64,000 bases of DNA, from IMG/VR virus record IMGVR_UViG_3300037470_001029, positions 8,038-72,037 of that record; one strand, written 5' to 3'. The position numbers and the translations under genes were made by a program. The notes beneath the pieces were generated by a model that saw only the letters and a program-made list of their open reading frames with translations, searched no databases and was not told the DNA's origin. Source of the stretch: a virus. Below are positions 26,971 through 36,212 of this stretch, one piece after another; within the stretch, counting starts at the first letter, position 1, and each line of letters starts with the position of its first letter.

Positions 26971-28254
26971 TCAGACTCCTCTTATGACGACGCGCTCGAT
27001 GCGGTCGTGGACGATCGGGTGCTCGTAGGCTATCGGGTAGGTCGAGGCGTCGTTCTGATGGTCGTGCCCGCTCTTCTTGTCGGGCTCGCCGTTCTCGTCG
27101 TAGGCCTGGCTCTCGAAGCAGCGCGCCACGGTCGGGCACTCGCGATCGTTGACCCAGAGCCTGGCGATCTCGAACTGCTTGTTGGTGGCGTTGACGCGGT
27201 CCTTCACGGCTGGGTTGGCGTTATCGGCGCGCACCTCGAACCCTGCCTGGTCGAGCAGCGCCAGGTCGGACTTGCTGGCGTCGACCGTCTCGCGGTTCTT
27301 GCCGCTCGGGTCCGGGTAGACGATGATGCGGTGCCCCTCGTCCTTCCAGCGCTCCGTGATGATGCGGATCATGTCGGGCGTGTCGAGCACGTCCTTCAGC
27401 TCGGCGACCGCGTGCCACCCGTTCGCCCGCGGCACGTAGACCGTCGCGGCCATCTTCGTGACGTTGAAGTCCATGCCGATCAGCAGCGCCTCGGCGTCCG
27501 CGCCATTCTTGCGCGCGCGGATGGTCTCCCTCGACCTGCACCGGACTCGGTCGTAGTTCCTGTAGACGGTGCCCGCGGTGAGGTTGACGAACTTGCCGTC
27601 CAGGTACGCCTGCCGCAGCTCCTCGGTGTAGGCCTCGTAGAGAGACTGGATGTAGTCGTCCGGCAGGTTCTCCTCGTTGTCGTAGGTCGACGCCTGGACC
27701 AAGCCGTAGTTCTCCTTGAGCGCGGGCCGCTCCTCCGGGTCGGAGACGAAGAGCTTGTGCGTCGCGCGGAAGCCCTCCGGCGTCGTCGTGACGTCGATGC
27801 CGTTGCGCAGCCCGGGCCGCTTGATCCGCATGCGCGCCAGGATCTTGCGCCACGCAAGACGGGCCTTGTTCATCGGCAGCGTGTCGAGTTCGTCGACCAG
27901 GGCGTGGCCCACGTTGAAGCCGATGATGGTCTCCGGCTTCTCCATGGAGCGGCAGATCGTCGTGCCGCGGTAGCGGGCGCCGCTGTAGAAGTGGACCTCC
28001 TTGTTGCCCTCCATGGCCTTCGTACGCAGGCCGAACTCGAAAGCGACCTCGTCGATCGTCGGGTAGAAGATGTCGCGGATAAGCGAGTAGGTCGGCGCGA
28101 AGTACCCAGAGTTCACGCGCGGCCACTCGAGGTGGTGGGTGCAGGTCGCCATGCTGCCCGCCCAGGTCTTGCCCGAGCCGAAGCCCCCGACGTAGGCGCG
28201 GTTCTTGGTTTCGAGCGCCAGGAACTCGCACTGCGGGAGGTTTGCGTGGGGCAT
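26971..28254 (-). CDS. terL: Terminase large subunit
   Basis: Walker A GGFGSGKT, Walker B ALVDE, TTTPEG, nuclease motifs IGMDFN and HDHQNDASTY. Confidence 0.95.
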   Translation of the reverse strand: MPHANLPQCEFLALETKNRAYVGGFGSGKTWAGSMATCTHHLEWPRVNSGYFAPTYSLIRDIFYPTIDEVAFEFGLRTKAMEGNKEVHFYSGARYRGTTICRSMEKPETIIGFNVGHALVDELDTLPMNKARLAWRKILARMRIKRPGLRNGIDVTTTPEGFRATHKLFVSDPEERPALKENYGLVQASTYDNEENLPDDYIQSLYEAYTEELRQAYLDGKFVNLTAGTVYRNYDRVRCRSRETIRARKNGADAEALLIGMDFNVTKMAATVYVPRANGWHAVAELKDVLDTPDMIRIITERWKDEGHRIIVYPDPSGKNRETVDASKSDLALLDQAGFEVRADNANPAVKDRVNATNKQFEIARLWVNDRECPTVARCFESQAYDENGEPDKKSGHDHQNDASTYPIAYEHPIVHDRIERVVIRGV

Positions 28255-28613
28255 CAGAGCTTTGCCGCCTCGTCCTCTAGCTGCGCAGCTCTCCTCAGAT
28301 AAGCCCTAGGCTTTAGCCCGCGCTGCGCCAGCCCGCGGAGCTCGGCCGCCTGACGCAGGAGCGCGTCGCGCCTAGCAGGCTGCGCAGCGGACGCGCGCCT
28401 CAGGCCGCCCTTGCCGAACAGCTGAACCCTGACGCGCTCCTGCGCCCTGGCCAGGGCGGCCTTAGACATCCGGCCGCTCGGAGAGTCGAGCGCGAGCGCA
28501 TCGGAGAAGGCCCTCGGCCCTCCGCGCTTGGGCCGCAGGCGCCACGGCTTTCCAGCCGCGCGCCTGCGGCGCATTTCAAGGGCGGCGGCTCGCGCCGCGT
28601 CGGACCAGGCCAT
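28254..28613 (-). CDS. Arg-rich MAWS-family protein 5
   Basis: Starts MAWSDAARAAALEMRRRR; TGATG overlaps on both sides. Confidence 0.8.
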   Translation of the reverse strand: MAWSDAARAAALEMRRRRAAGKPWRLRPKRGGPRAFSDALALDSPSGRMSKAALARAQERVRVQLFGKGGLRRASAAQPARRDALLRQAAELRGLAQRGLKPRAYLRRAAQLEDEAAKL

Positions 28614-28912
28614 CAGTATCCGTACCTTCTGCGATGCGGATCTTTGGGCCCGTACTTGAGCTCGAATTTACGGGCTTTTTCCGCGACGATGTTAGCCTTG
28701 AGCCGCTTGAGCACCTTCGAGTAACGCTCGACGTTGCGGTTCGCGGCGCCCGCCGGGTAGCGGCCGCCCACGCCCATCGATTGGAGCTCGCCCAGGTTGC
28801 GCTTCGCCGCGGAGATCTGCGCCGCGTAGGAGCGAGGGCCCCTCTTGCGGCCCTTCGCCCTGCGGCGCCTGGCCTCCGCGGCCGCGGCCCGGGCCGCGTC
28901 TGACCAGGCCAC
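28613..28912 (-). CDS. Arg/Lys-rich MAWS-family protein 4
   Basis: GTG start with GGAGG RBS; MAWSDAARAAAAEARRRR; 27 of 99 residues are R or K by manual count. Confidence 0.8.
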   Translation of the reverse strand: MAWSDAARAAAAEARRRRAKGRKRGPRSYAAQISAAKRNLGELQSMGVGGRYPAGAANRNVERYSKVLKRLKANIVAEKARKFELKYGPKDPHRRRYGY

Positions 28913-28915
28913 GGC

Positions 28916-29452
28916 TCAGCGCCTCCCGCCGATCGGGCCGAACTCCGCCTGCACCATGCGCCCGGCGATCACCCTGGCGTGCAAGTTCCTGTACCTGGCG
29001 TCGCCGCCCGACCTGCGCGCCTGCGCCCTGGCAGCCTTGAGCGTCCTGGCGAAGACGTCGCGCCTCTGGAAGACGCCGGGCGCGGCCTCGTGCATCGACT
29101 GCGACCGCAGGCCGCGGAGCCTGGCGGCCGCCTCGAGGTGCCTGGCCGAGTCCCTCTTGACCAGTTGCCCGAGCCTGGCGTGGAGCCTGGCCGTGGCCGC
29201 GTACCTGGAGGCGGTCATGCCGCCCATGCCGCCGACCAGCTCGGAGGACGGGTGGCGCGCCTCGCGCTCCGCCATCGCCAGCAGCGTATTGGACCCGACC
29301 CTGGCGCGCAGCCTGGCGCCGTCCTTGCCGGGCGTCGCGAGCAGCCTGGCCATTTCGTCCCGGTTCTGCCCGACCGTGGGCACCTTGCGCCGCCTGGCAT
29401 TCCTGCGCCTGGCTTCCAGTGCCGCCGCCCTCGCCGCGTCGCTCCATGCCAT
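28916..29452 (-). CDS. Arg-rich MAWS-family protein 3
   Basis: Starts MAWSDAARAAALEARRRNARRRK; GGGGAG RBS. Confidence 0.8.
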   Translation of the reverse strand: MAWSDAARAAALEARRRNARRRKVPTVGQNRDEMARLLATPGKDGARLRARVGSNTLLAMAEREARHPSSELVGGMGGMTASRYAATARLHARLGQLVKRDSARHLEAAARLRGLRSQSMHEAAPGVFQRRDVFARTLKAARAQARRSGGDARYRNLHARVIAGRMVQAEFGPIGGRR

Positions 29453-29453
29453 G

Positions 29454-29885
29454 TCAGTTCTCCCCGGGAGTTCTGCGGCCGGCCCGCCTGGCCGCGGCGC
29501 GAACCTTAGAATTTACCTTCGAGCTGTCCCCGCCGAAATTCCTGGCGGCCAGCACGGCGCGCCTCGCCGCGGCCTTGCGATTGCGGCCGCGCTGCCTGAG
29601 GAGTTCTGCCTTGTCGGAGAACCTGCCCGGCGGCCGCACCGCGCGCAGGTCGGAGGGCCTCAGCGTCTCGACCGGGACTATGCGGCCGCGCGTGCCCTGG
29701 ACCGCGGCGTGGACGCGGTCGAACCCGCCGGTGTCGTAGTGCGCTTCCCTCACGGTAAACCTGATCCCGCGCTCGCCTGGCCCGGGCCTGGCGTATCTGG
29801 CCGTCTGGCCTGGCTTTAGCCTCCGCGCGAGGCGGCGTCGCCTCGCCTCCAGTGCCGCCGCCCTCGCCGCGTCGCTCCAGGCCAT
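29454..29885 (-). CDS. Arg-rich MAWS-family protein 2
   Basis: True start at ATG 29885 with GAGGAGG RBS; MAWSDAARAAALEARRRRLARRL. Confidence 0.8.
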   Translation of the reverse strand: MAWSDAARAAALEARRRRLARRLKPGQTARYARPGPGERGIRFTVREAHYDTGGFDRVHAAVQGTRGRIVPVETLRPSDLRAVRPPGRFSDKAELLRQRGRNRKAAARRAVLAARNFGGDSSKVNSKVRAAARRAGRRTPGEN

Positions 29886-29887
29886 AG

Positions 29888-30241
29888 CTAGATCCTCCTC
29901 TTCATGCGCCGGACGCGCTCGGCCAGCGTCGAGCTGCCCCAGTGCCGGTCGCGGTGAAAGTTCCGCGCAGCGGTCGATTGCCGCGCCGAGTCCATCACTT
30001 GCGAGGTAGAGCGGCCCTCGACTATCCAGCCGCGGCTCGTGAGGATGCTCTCCCCGGTCTTCTTGCCCTTCCTGATGGCGCGGATTTTGCGCGCCAGCTC
30101 TGCGCGGAACGCGGGCTCGCCGGGTCCGGCGTTGTACTTCGTCAGGCTTCGCAGCGCATGCTGGGGAAAGCGCTGCTTTGACTTCGAGTGCGCCCTGCGC
30201 GCTTCCAGCGCCGCCGCCCTCGCCGCATCTGACCATGCCAT
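29888..30241 (-). CDS. Arg-rich MAWS-family protein 1
   Basis: Starts MAWSDAARAAALEARRAHSK; begins 4 nt after the terS stop. Confidence 0.8.
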   Translation of the reverse strand: MAWSDAARAAALEARRAHSKSKQRFPQHALRSLTKYNAGPGEPAFRAELARKIRAIRKGKKTGESILTSRGWIVEGRSTSQVMDSARQSTAARNFHRDRHWGSSTLAERVRRMKRRI

Positions 30242-30245
30242 GGTG

Positions 30246-30854
30246 TCACCCCTTCCGACGCCGCGCGTCCTTGAACTCGATTGTCACCGCGACGGGAGGC
30301 GGGGCCTCGCCGTCGTCCTCTGGCTGCGCGCCCTTGTCCTTGGAGTAGAGGCCGAAGTGCTTCATGGCCTGGTCGCGGGCCGCGTGCCTGGCGGGGAACT
30401 TGACCTTGGCGGTGGTGACGCTCAGGAGGGTCACCTCGTCCTTCGAGCCCTTCTTTCCCTTCAAGACCTTAGAAACCTGGTCGACGTCGACGCCCTCTAA
30501 CTCGAGGCGCACCTCGTCGGGCATGTCCTGCACCCTCTTCAGGGTCCCATCCTCGTTGTACATCAGGCCTGGGTCGAAGCGCATCGCCCTGGCGAGCGAC
30601 CTGATGACCTCCTCCGCGGTGAGGGCAACCATATCCCCAAGTTCTTTGGAGCGGAACTCGATCATTTCCTTGACCCAAGGGTCTTTGAGAATCGCGTAGG
30701 CGCATTCTCCGGCGGTTTTCGGGCTGTAGCCCACTGCCCTGGCCGCGGCGCTCGCGTTGCGGTTGTTCGCGAAGTATGCATCCACGAACAAGCGCTTGCG
30801 CTCCTGCGACCTAGTCTTTGATGTTCCTGCCTTCGCCCGCTTTGCTGCCGCCAC
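30246..30854 (-). CDS. terS: Terminase small subunit
   Basis: RLFVDAYFANNRNASAAARAVGYSPKTA HTH and the LTAEEVIRSLAR...FDP motif. Confidence 0.88.
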   Translation of the reverse strand: MAAAKRAKAGTSKTRSQERKRLFVDAYFANNRNASAAARAVGYSPKTAGECAYAILKDPWVKEMIEFRSKELGDMVALTAEEVIRSLARAMRFDPGLMYNEDGTLKRVQDMPDEVRLELEGVDVDQVSKVLKGKKGSKDEVTLLSVTTAKVKFPARHAARDQAMKHFGLYSKDKGAQPEDDGEAPPPVAVTIEFKDARRRKG

Positions 30855-30949
30855 ATTCCCGCCTTCCTATCCCAATATTTCCGTTCGCCTCTCCATGCCG
30901 CAGCATCATGCACCTGCCCGGCAGCAGGTGTAACCCATGCCGAGGCGCG

Positions 30950-31275
30950 GCGCAGGCCGAAATTTTGTGTTATTTGGAGGAGGTCTGCTATGGCGGCGGG
31001 GCCGAACGGAGGCCGAAATTAACGCAATCCTAACGGAATAATGGGACTTTCGTTATCGCGATTTCTCATAGCGGAAATCGCGATTTCATAACAGAATTAA
31101 CAGTTTATTCTTTATCTATATATAAGAGTAAAAATAGTAAGGTAGTAATAATAGCAGAGTAAAAGAGAAATAATAGCTATAAGCTTGGTGCGTTTTTCCG
31201 ATTTCTGTTTTCGCGACCTGGGAGCCTTGGTCGCCGACCCGCGTCCGAAGTCCGTTTCCATAGCGGAAAATGCCG
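30950..31275. other. AT-rich non-coding region with palindromes and repeats (candidate origin or packaging site)
   Basis: Palindrome GAAATCGCGATTTC (31074-31087), two copies of CATAGCGGAAA, two of GAGTAAAA, and a very AT-rich core at 31085-31185; lies between the divergent arms. Confidence 0.5.
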
Positions 31276-31289
31276 AAATATCTAACTGG

Positions 31290-31319
31290 TTTACAAGTTG
31301 CTCGTTGAAAAAATATAAT
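31290..31319 (+). promoter_or_regulatory. Sigma70-like promoter
   Basis: TTTACA-N18-TATAAT upstream of the replication operon. Confidence 0.55.
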
Positions 31320-31377
31320 GTCGGTTCACTGAAATTCGTGCTTTGGATGCGCCTCCGGGCGCCTTGGGAAGACAAAA

Positions 31378-31812
31378 ATGCCGAACGTGCTGATCGCCAT
31401 ACCCGACCTAGTGCTGGGCGAAATAGACGCCGAAGTGGCGAGGGAGAACGCGAAGAGGGCGGCCGAGGCGCCGAGGCCGCGGGCCAGGACGAAGGCCAAG
31501 GTGCCGCCGCTCAGCAAAGCGGAGCTGGATGACCTGACGCTCAGAGCGCACGAGATCCGCAGGGAAAAGGGGCTCGCTGCCGCGAACGAATTCCTGAAAG
31601 GGGAGAGCCAGAAAAGGAAGGACGCGCATTGTGCGAAGCGAGCAGCCGAGCGTGCACTTGATCGGGCGCCGAAGAAGCTCACCCGCACGGCGCTGGCGAC
31701 GCGTCTGCTGATACTGGGCTTCGACACGCACCAGGCCGACAGGAAGAGGAGCGGCAACGGCAAAGTGCCAGGCAGGCGCAGGCCGACCAAGGCGCAGGCC
31801 GCAGGCGCGTGA
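31378..31812 (+). CDS. Basic hypothetical protein, possibly DNA-binding
   Basis: 144 aa; first gene of the operon; GTGA overlap with the primase. Confidence 0.55.
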   Translation: MPNVLIAIPDLVLGEIDAEVARENAKRAAEAPRPRARTKAKVPPLSKAELDDLTLRAHEIRREKGLAAANEFLKGESQKRKDAHCAKRAAERALDRAPKKLTRTALATRLLILGFDTHQADRKRSGNGKVPGRRRPTKAQAAGA

Positions 31813-33872
31813 AGAAGGCCAACGGGGCGCGCGGCCCTCTGGCCGCGACGGATTTCTCCCCGCGCGCCCTAGGTCTCGCCGACCTGAGGCGCTCGGGCCT
31901 GGACGAGTCCGATGCCGCGCGCATGCGCCTGAGCTTTTTATCCGGCAGGCAGACCGCGGCCCTCGGGGCAAATTTCAAGGACCGCCCGAGCCTGAAGATA
32001 CCGTACCACGACGCGGCCGGCAAGCCGACAGGGTTCTTCCGCGTCAGGTACCTGGGGCCGGAAGAGGGGCTCGACGCGCTCGCGAGGAAGCCGCAGCGCT
32101 ACGCGCAGCGCGAGGGGACGAAGCCCGAGCTGTACTTGCCGCTCGGCGTACCGTGGAAGAAGCTCTCCGGCAGCGAAGCGGTCACGGTGTGGATCACGGA
32201 GGGGGAGAAGAAGGCGGCGAGCGCCTGCAAGTCGGGCGTCGCGACGGTGGGGCTCGGCGGCGTCTGGTCGTGGAAATCCACGAGGGAGGGCATACCGTTC
32301 CTGCCGGCGCTCGAGGCGATCGGGTGGAAGGGGCGCCAGGCGCGCATCGCCTTCGACTCCGACGTCGCGACGAACTCGCAGGTCCTGCGCGCCCTGCTGG
32401 CGCTGGCCCGCGAGCTGACCGGGCGCGGGGCGCAGGTCAAGATAGTGGAGATCGGCGACGGGCCGGAGGGCAAGAAGCGCGGCATCGACGACCTGATCGC
32501 CGAGGAGGGCAGGGGCGCCCTCGTCGACCTTGAAGAATCGGCCAAGCACTTCAGCGAGTCCGAGGAGCTGTGGCGGCTCAACGAGGAGGTGGTCTACATC
32601 AAGGACCCGGGCCTCATCGTCGTGCTGGCCGACGGGCGCAAGATGAGCGCGGCCGCGTTCAAAGAGCATGCCTACGCGAATCGCTCATACACGGAGACGC
32701 GAGTCGACAAAGACGGCAACCCGAGCCAGGTCGAGAAGCCGATCGCGCCGGCATGGCTGGCGTGGCCCCACCGCGCGGAGCTGGCGCGCGTCACCTACGA
32801 GCCGGGGGCGCCGCGCGTCACCGCCGGCCGCGGCTACAACTACTGGAAGGGCTGGGGGTGCGAGCCGCGCGCGGGGGACACCAGGCTCTGGTCGGAGCTG
32901 CTCGACTTCATGTTCGGAAAGAACGTGGGCACGCGGACGTGGTTCGAGCGCTGGTGCGCCTGGCCCCTGCAGCACCCGGGCGACAAGCTCTACACCGCGG
33001 CAGTCATCTGGGGCGTCGCGACGGGCACGGGAAAATCCCTGATAGGCTACTCGCTGGCGAAGATATACGGCGAGAACTTCTCCGAGATCACCGACCAGGA
33101 CCTGCAGAACCAGTTCAACGAGTGGGCCGAGGGCAAGCAGTTCGTGATGGGCGACGACGTCGCGGGCAGCGAGCACAAGAAGGGCACCGCCGACCGGCTC
33201 AAGTTCATGGTGACCCGCCAGCAGATCAGGCTGAACCCGAAGTACGTGCCATCGTTCGTGTTGCCGGACCGCATCAACTACTACTTCAATTCCAACCACC
33301 CGGACGCTTTCTTCGTCGAAGACGACGACAGGCGCTACTTCGTGCACGAAGCGCCGCCAGAGCCCATCGAGGGCGATTTCTACAGGCGCTACGACGACTG
33401 GCTGCGGTCGAAGGCCGGGCCTCCAGCGCTGTTCCACCACCTGCTGCAACTCGACACCGGGGACTTCGATCCGAAGGCCCGCGCCTTCGAGACGCGGGCA
33501 AAGCGCGCCATGATCTCGGATGCGAAGTCCGACGTCGCCGCGTGGGTGGCCCGCCTGGCAGAGGACCCGGATTCGGTGCTGCGGCTCGGGGAGGTGAGGC
33601 TGGAGCGCGACCTGTTCACCAACGCGCAACTGCTGGCGCTGTACGATCCGGAGGGCAAGGGGCGGGTGACCGCGAACGGGCTGGGGCGCGAGCTCAAGCG
33701 CGCCGGCGTCAGGCAGGCGCTCGAGGGGCAGGTCGTGGCCGCGGCGTCGGGCGCCGGCCGCTACTACGCGGTCAGGAACGCGGGTCGCTGGCTGCGGGCC
33801 GACCACGCGGAGGTCGCGGCGCACCTGTCGGGCGCGTCCAGGCCAGAGAAGAAAAGGGGGAAGTACGCGTGA
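31809..33872 (+). CDS. Primase-helicase (Toprim/DUF3854-like plus SF3 helicase)
   Basis: ITEGEKKA, IAFDSD, GIDD, Walker A GVATGTGKS, FNSNHPDA, DDRRYFV. Confidence 0.9.
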   Translation: MKKANGARGPLAATDFSPRALGLADLRRSGLDESDAARMRLSFLSGRQTAALGANFKDRPSLKIPYHDAAGKPTGFFRVRYLGPEEGLDALARKPQRYAQREGTKPELYLPLGVPWKKLSGSEAVTVWITEGEKKAASACKSGVATVGLGGVWSWKSTREGIPFLPALEAIGWKGRQARIAFDSDVATNSQVLRALLALARELTGRGAQVKIVEIGDGPEGKKRGIDDLIAEEGRGALVDLEESAKHFSESEELWRLNEEVVYIKDPGLIVVLADGRKMSAAAFKEHAYANRSYTETRVDKDGNPSQVEKPIAPAWLAWPHRAELARVTYEPGAPRVTAGRGYNYWKGWGCEPRAGDTRLWSELLDFMFGKNVGTRTWFERWCAWPLQHPGDKLYTAAVIWGVATGTGKSLIGYSLAKIYGENFSEITDQDLQNQFNEWAEGKQFVMGDDVAGSEHKKGTADRLKFMVTRQQIRLNPKYVPSFVLPDRINYYFNSNHPDAFFVEDDDRRYFVHEAPPEPIEGDFYRRYDDWLRSKAGPPALFHHLLQLDTGDFDPKARAFETRAKRAMISDAKSDVAAWVARLAEDPDSVLRLGEVRLERDLFTNAQLLALYDPEGKGRVTANGLGRELKRAGVRQALEGQVVAAASGAGRYYAVRNAGRWLRADHAEVAAHLSGASRPEKKRGKYA

Positions 33873-34411
33873 GCCTCAATACTGAACCATCGGCTTATGC
33901 TTTTGACTTATTCGCTGATATAAAGCATGCACCAAACAGAAAAGCTACGCCCTCTCAAATAGTGCAGAAAGTTTTGCTTTCGCGTGAAAACGTCCATAGC
34001 TTAGGGTTTAACAGGGCTCTCCTTAGAGCTACTATTGACGACGCAATCGAAGAAGATCGCGGAGAGGCTTACCTGCGCAGGCTGAATAAATGGGTCGGAG
34101 CAAGAACTAAGCTTAGAAGTGCTTCAGAGAATATTGCCCTCTTGAGCGAGGTTAAGTACTACGGCTCTCGTATAGTGCCAGACGCTTTTTTGCTTTGCCC
34201 TAGCAAGAAGACCGTCGTTTGCTATGAAGTAGAAGACCGTCACGCGCTTCCAGCTAGGACATTAAGCAATTACCTACAGTTATGGTTTGCCCTTGAGTAT
34301 CTTTATTGGGATCTTCATTTGATCTCTTACGATACTTTTGGCAACCCTAGAATTATAGAAGTTTTAAGCACTGGTATGAGTGCTCTGCGCTTGCTAGGAG
34401 AAGATTGGTGA
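33869..34411 (+). CDS. Low-GC protein with a PD-(D/E)XK-like nuclease motif
   Basis: IVPDAFLL...VVCYEVED; markedly AT-richer than the flanks; GTGA overlap. Confidence 0.55.
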   Translation: MSLNTEPSAYAFDLFADIKHAPNRKATPSQIVQKVLLSRENVHSLGFNRALLRATIDDAIEEDRGEAYLRRLNKWVGARTKLRSASENIALLSEVKYYGSRIVPDAFLLCPSKKTVVCYEVEDRHALPARTLSNYLQLWFALEYLYWDLHLISYDTFGNPRIIEVLSTGMSALRLLGEDW

Positions 34412-34498
34412 AGCCTACCTACGAGCAGATGAAGCAAATGATGGCCGGCAGCGCGGGTGCTGGATATTTTGTGAGTCATCTTTAAAGGGGAAATTTGC

Positions 34499-34783
34499 AT
34501 GAAATACACCTTCGACAGCGTGCCAGACTCGAAAGATTGGAAGTTCGTCGACGCGCGTACCGGACTGCAGCCCGTCGGCGACGACTACGTCGCGCTGGAG
34601 ATAGACGACGCTGCCAACACGGTGGAATTCCAGCACCGCGACACATACGAGGTGACGACGGTTCACGCGCCGATGGTGGTGGTCAGCCTGGGCAGGAAGT
34701 GCGTTCTGCTGAACTACGACCCGCCCGGCGACGGCCTGGCAGAGGCGTTTGCGGACGCGCGCACCGCGAAGGCGGGGGAGTAA
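34499..34783 (+). CDS. Hypothetical protein
   Basis: 94 aa; AAGGGG RBS; genome-typical codon usage. Confidence 0.55.
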   Translation: MKYTFDSVPDSKDWKFVDARTGLQPVGDDYVALEIDDAANTVEFQHRDTYEVTTVHAPMVVVSLGRKCVLLNYDPPGDGLAEAFADARTAKAGE

Positions 34784-34784
34784 G

Positions 34785-35900
34785 GTGGCCATCCTGCCTT
34801 ACATGACGGAGCAGGAGCGCCGGGCCCTGCTCGAGTTCGAGGCGCCCGCGAAGCTGCTCGGAAAGTTTCACCTGTGGAAGCCGTGCATGGCGCAGAACCC
34901 GGCGAGGCCCGACGAAGCGTGGGTGCAGTCGCGCTGCGGCAGGATGGAGAGGGCGAGCATAGTGAAGATATTCGGCATCGGGGCCAGGGGAGACGTCAAG
35001 TGCGTCGCCTGCTTCGGGCCGCCGGTTCAACCAAAGGAGAAGACGATGGCTACGAAAATTGGCGGCGCGGGCAACCTCGCCGAAGACGACCTGCCCGGCA
35101 TGCTGGCGGTGCAGAAGGCGACCGCGGAGAAGCAATGGCCGCACACCGACGACGCGCAGGAGTGGGCGCGGCGCTGGGCCGAGCAGTTTGGGACGAACCC
35201 CGCCATGGCCGCGGACGAGGGCACGATGATCGCCTGGTTCGCCAACGCGCTCGTGGCCGGGAAGGATGCCGCCGCGGCGGCGTCGCCCTCGCCCTCGCCG
35301 GGCTTCGTGCTGCTGCCCTGGCTGGCGCGCTGCTCGTGGAAGGAGCAGACCTGCGTCCTGTGCGCGCTGCGCGGACCGGACGCCGGCGCCTCGGCCAAGG
35401 TGAAGTCGTGGACGCGCTTCCTGCGCGCGGCCGCCTGCCGCAACGCGGACCCGTCAGACCGGTTCATGCGGCCCGAGGAGCGCCAGACGTTCGTCGAGAT
35501 CGAGAGCACGTCGCAGGACCTGCTCAACATGCTGCCGGTCCACTACCTGGCGCACCTCATGCACGCCCTGCAGATCATCGGGCTGAGGCACGACGACGCG
35601 CAGACCTCGCGCGTCGCGCGCTGCGCCTACCTTGACTTGTGCGGCTACCTGCACCTGAAGCCGGAGCCGGACGGCGAGATGGAGATCAGGCTCTCGGACC
35701 GGGTCCAGCTTGCGACGAGCAATCTCGAGCATGCCAGCCTGGGCAACGAAGTGACGCCGGACGGCATCGTGCACCGCTGCTCTTGCGGGTGGGTTTCGCG
35801 CCCGTGCTTTTCGAACATGGTCGCGTCGAATCTCGGCGCTGATCACCGCGAGGCTGTCACGCGGAACCCTACGCTGGTCGACAAGCACATGACGCCGTGA
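34785..35900 (+). CDS. Multi-module hypothetical protein (alternative strong start near 35046)
   Basis: One open frame with an internal AAAGGAG-ATG; modules DEGTMIAWFANA and LRGPD...HYLAHLMHALQIIG. Confidence 0.55.
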   Translation: MAILPYMTEQERRALLEFEAPAKLLGKFHLWKPCMAQNPARPDEAWVQSRCGRMERASIVKIFGIGARGDVKCVACFGPPVQPKEKTMATKIGGAGNLAEDDLPGMLAVQKATAEKQWPHTDDAQEWARRWAEQFGTNPAMAADEGTMIAWFANALVAGKDAAAAASPSPSPGFVLLPWLARCSWKEQTCVLCALRGPDAGASAKVKSWTRFLRAAACRNADPSDRFMRPEERQTFVEIESTSQDLLNMLPVHYLAHLMHALQIIGLRHDDAQTSRVARCAYLDLCGYLHLKPEPDGEMEIRLSDRVQLATSNLEHASLGNEVTPDGIVHRCSCGWVSRPCFSNMVASNLGADHREAVTRNPTLVDKHMTP

Positions 35901-35910
35901 AGCTGCGCGC

Positions 35911-36201
35911 GTGAGCGTTTACGTCGACCGCTCGGCCAACCCGTTCGGGAGGATGGTGATGTGCCACATGCTCGCCGACACTCCCGAAGAGCTCCTCGCG
36001 ATGGCCAGGAAGATCGGCGTCGCGGCGCGCTGGTTCCAGGGCAAGGGAAGCGCGCCGCACTTCGACATCTGCAAATCAAAGCGGGCCCTGGCGGTCGCGG
36101 CTGGGGCCAGGGAGATCGACCGCGCGGAACTGTCTAAGGTGCTGGCGCGCGTCCGCGCGTCGTGGCCGAGGGATGCCGCCTCGAAGAACTGGTTGCTCTA
36201 A
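35911..36201 (+). CDS. DUF4031-like protein
   Basis: MSVYVD...MCHMLADTPEELLAMARKIG...WFQ...HFDI. Confidence 0.75.
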   Translation: MSVYVDRSANPFGRMVMCHMLADTPEELLAMARKIGVAARWFQGKGSAPHFDICKSKRALAVAAGAREIDRAELSKVLARVRASWPRDAASKNWLL

Positions 36202-36212
36202 AAGGAAAGTCA

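Noticed and set aside
28254-30241. Direct repeats of about 40 bp as a CRISPR-like array
   Set aside because: Spacing is 300-540 bp and irregular, the repeats are gene starts with synonymous variation, and there is no cas operon; the Cas4-like gene is an ordinary phage exonuclease.
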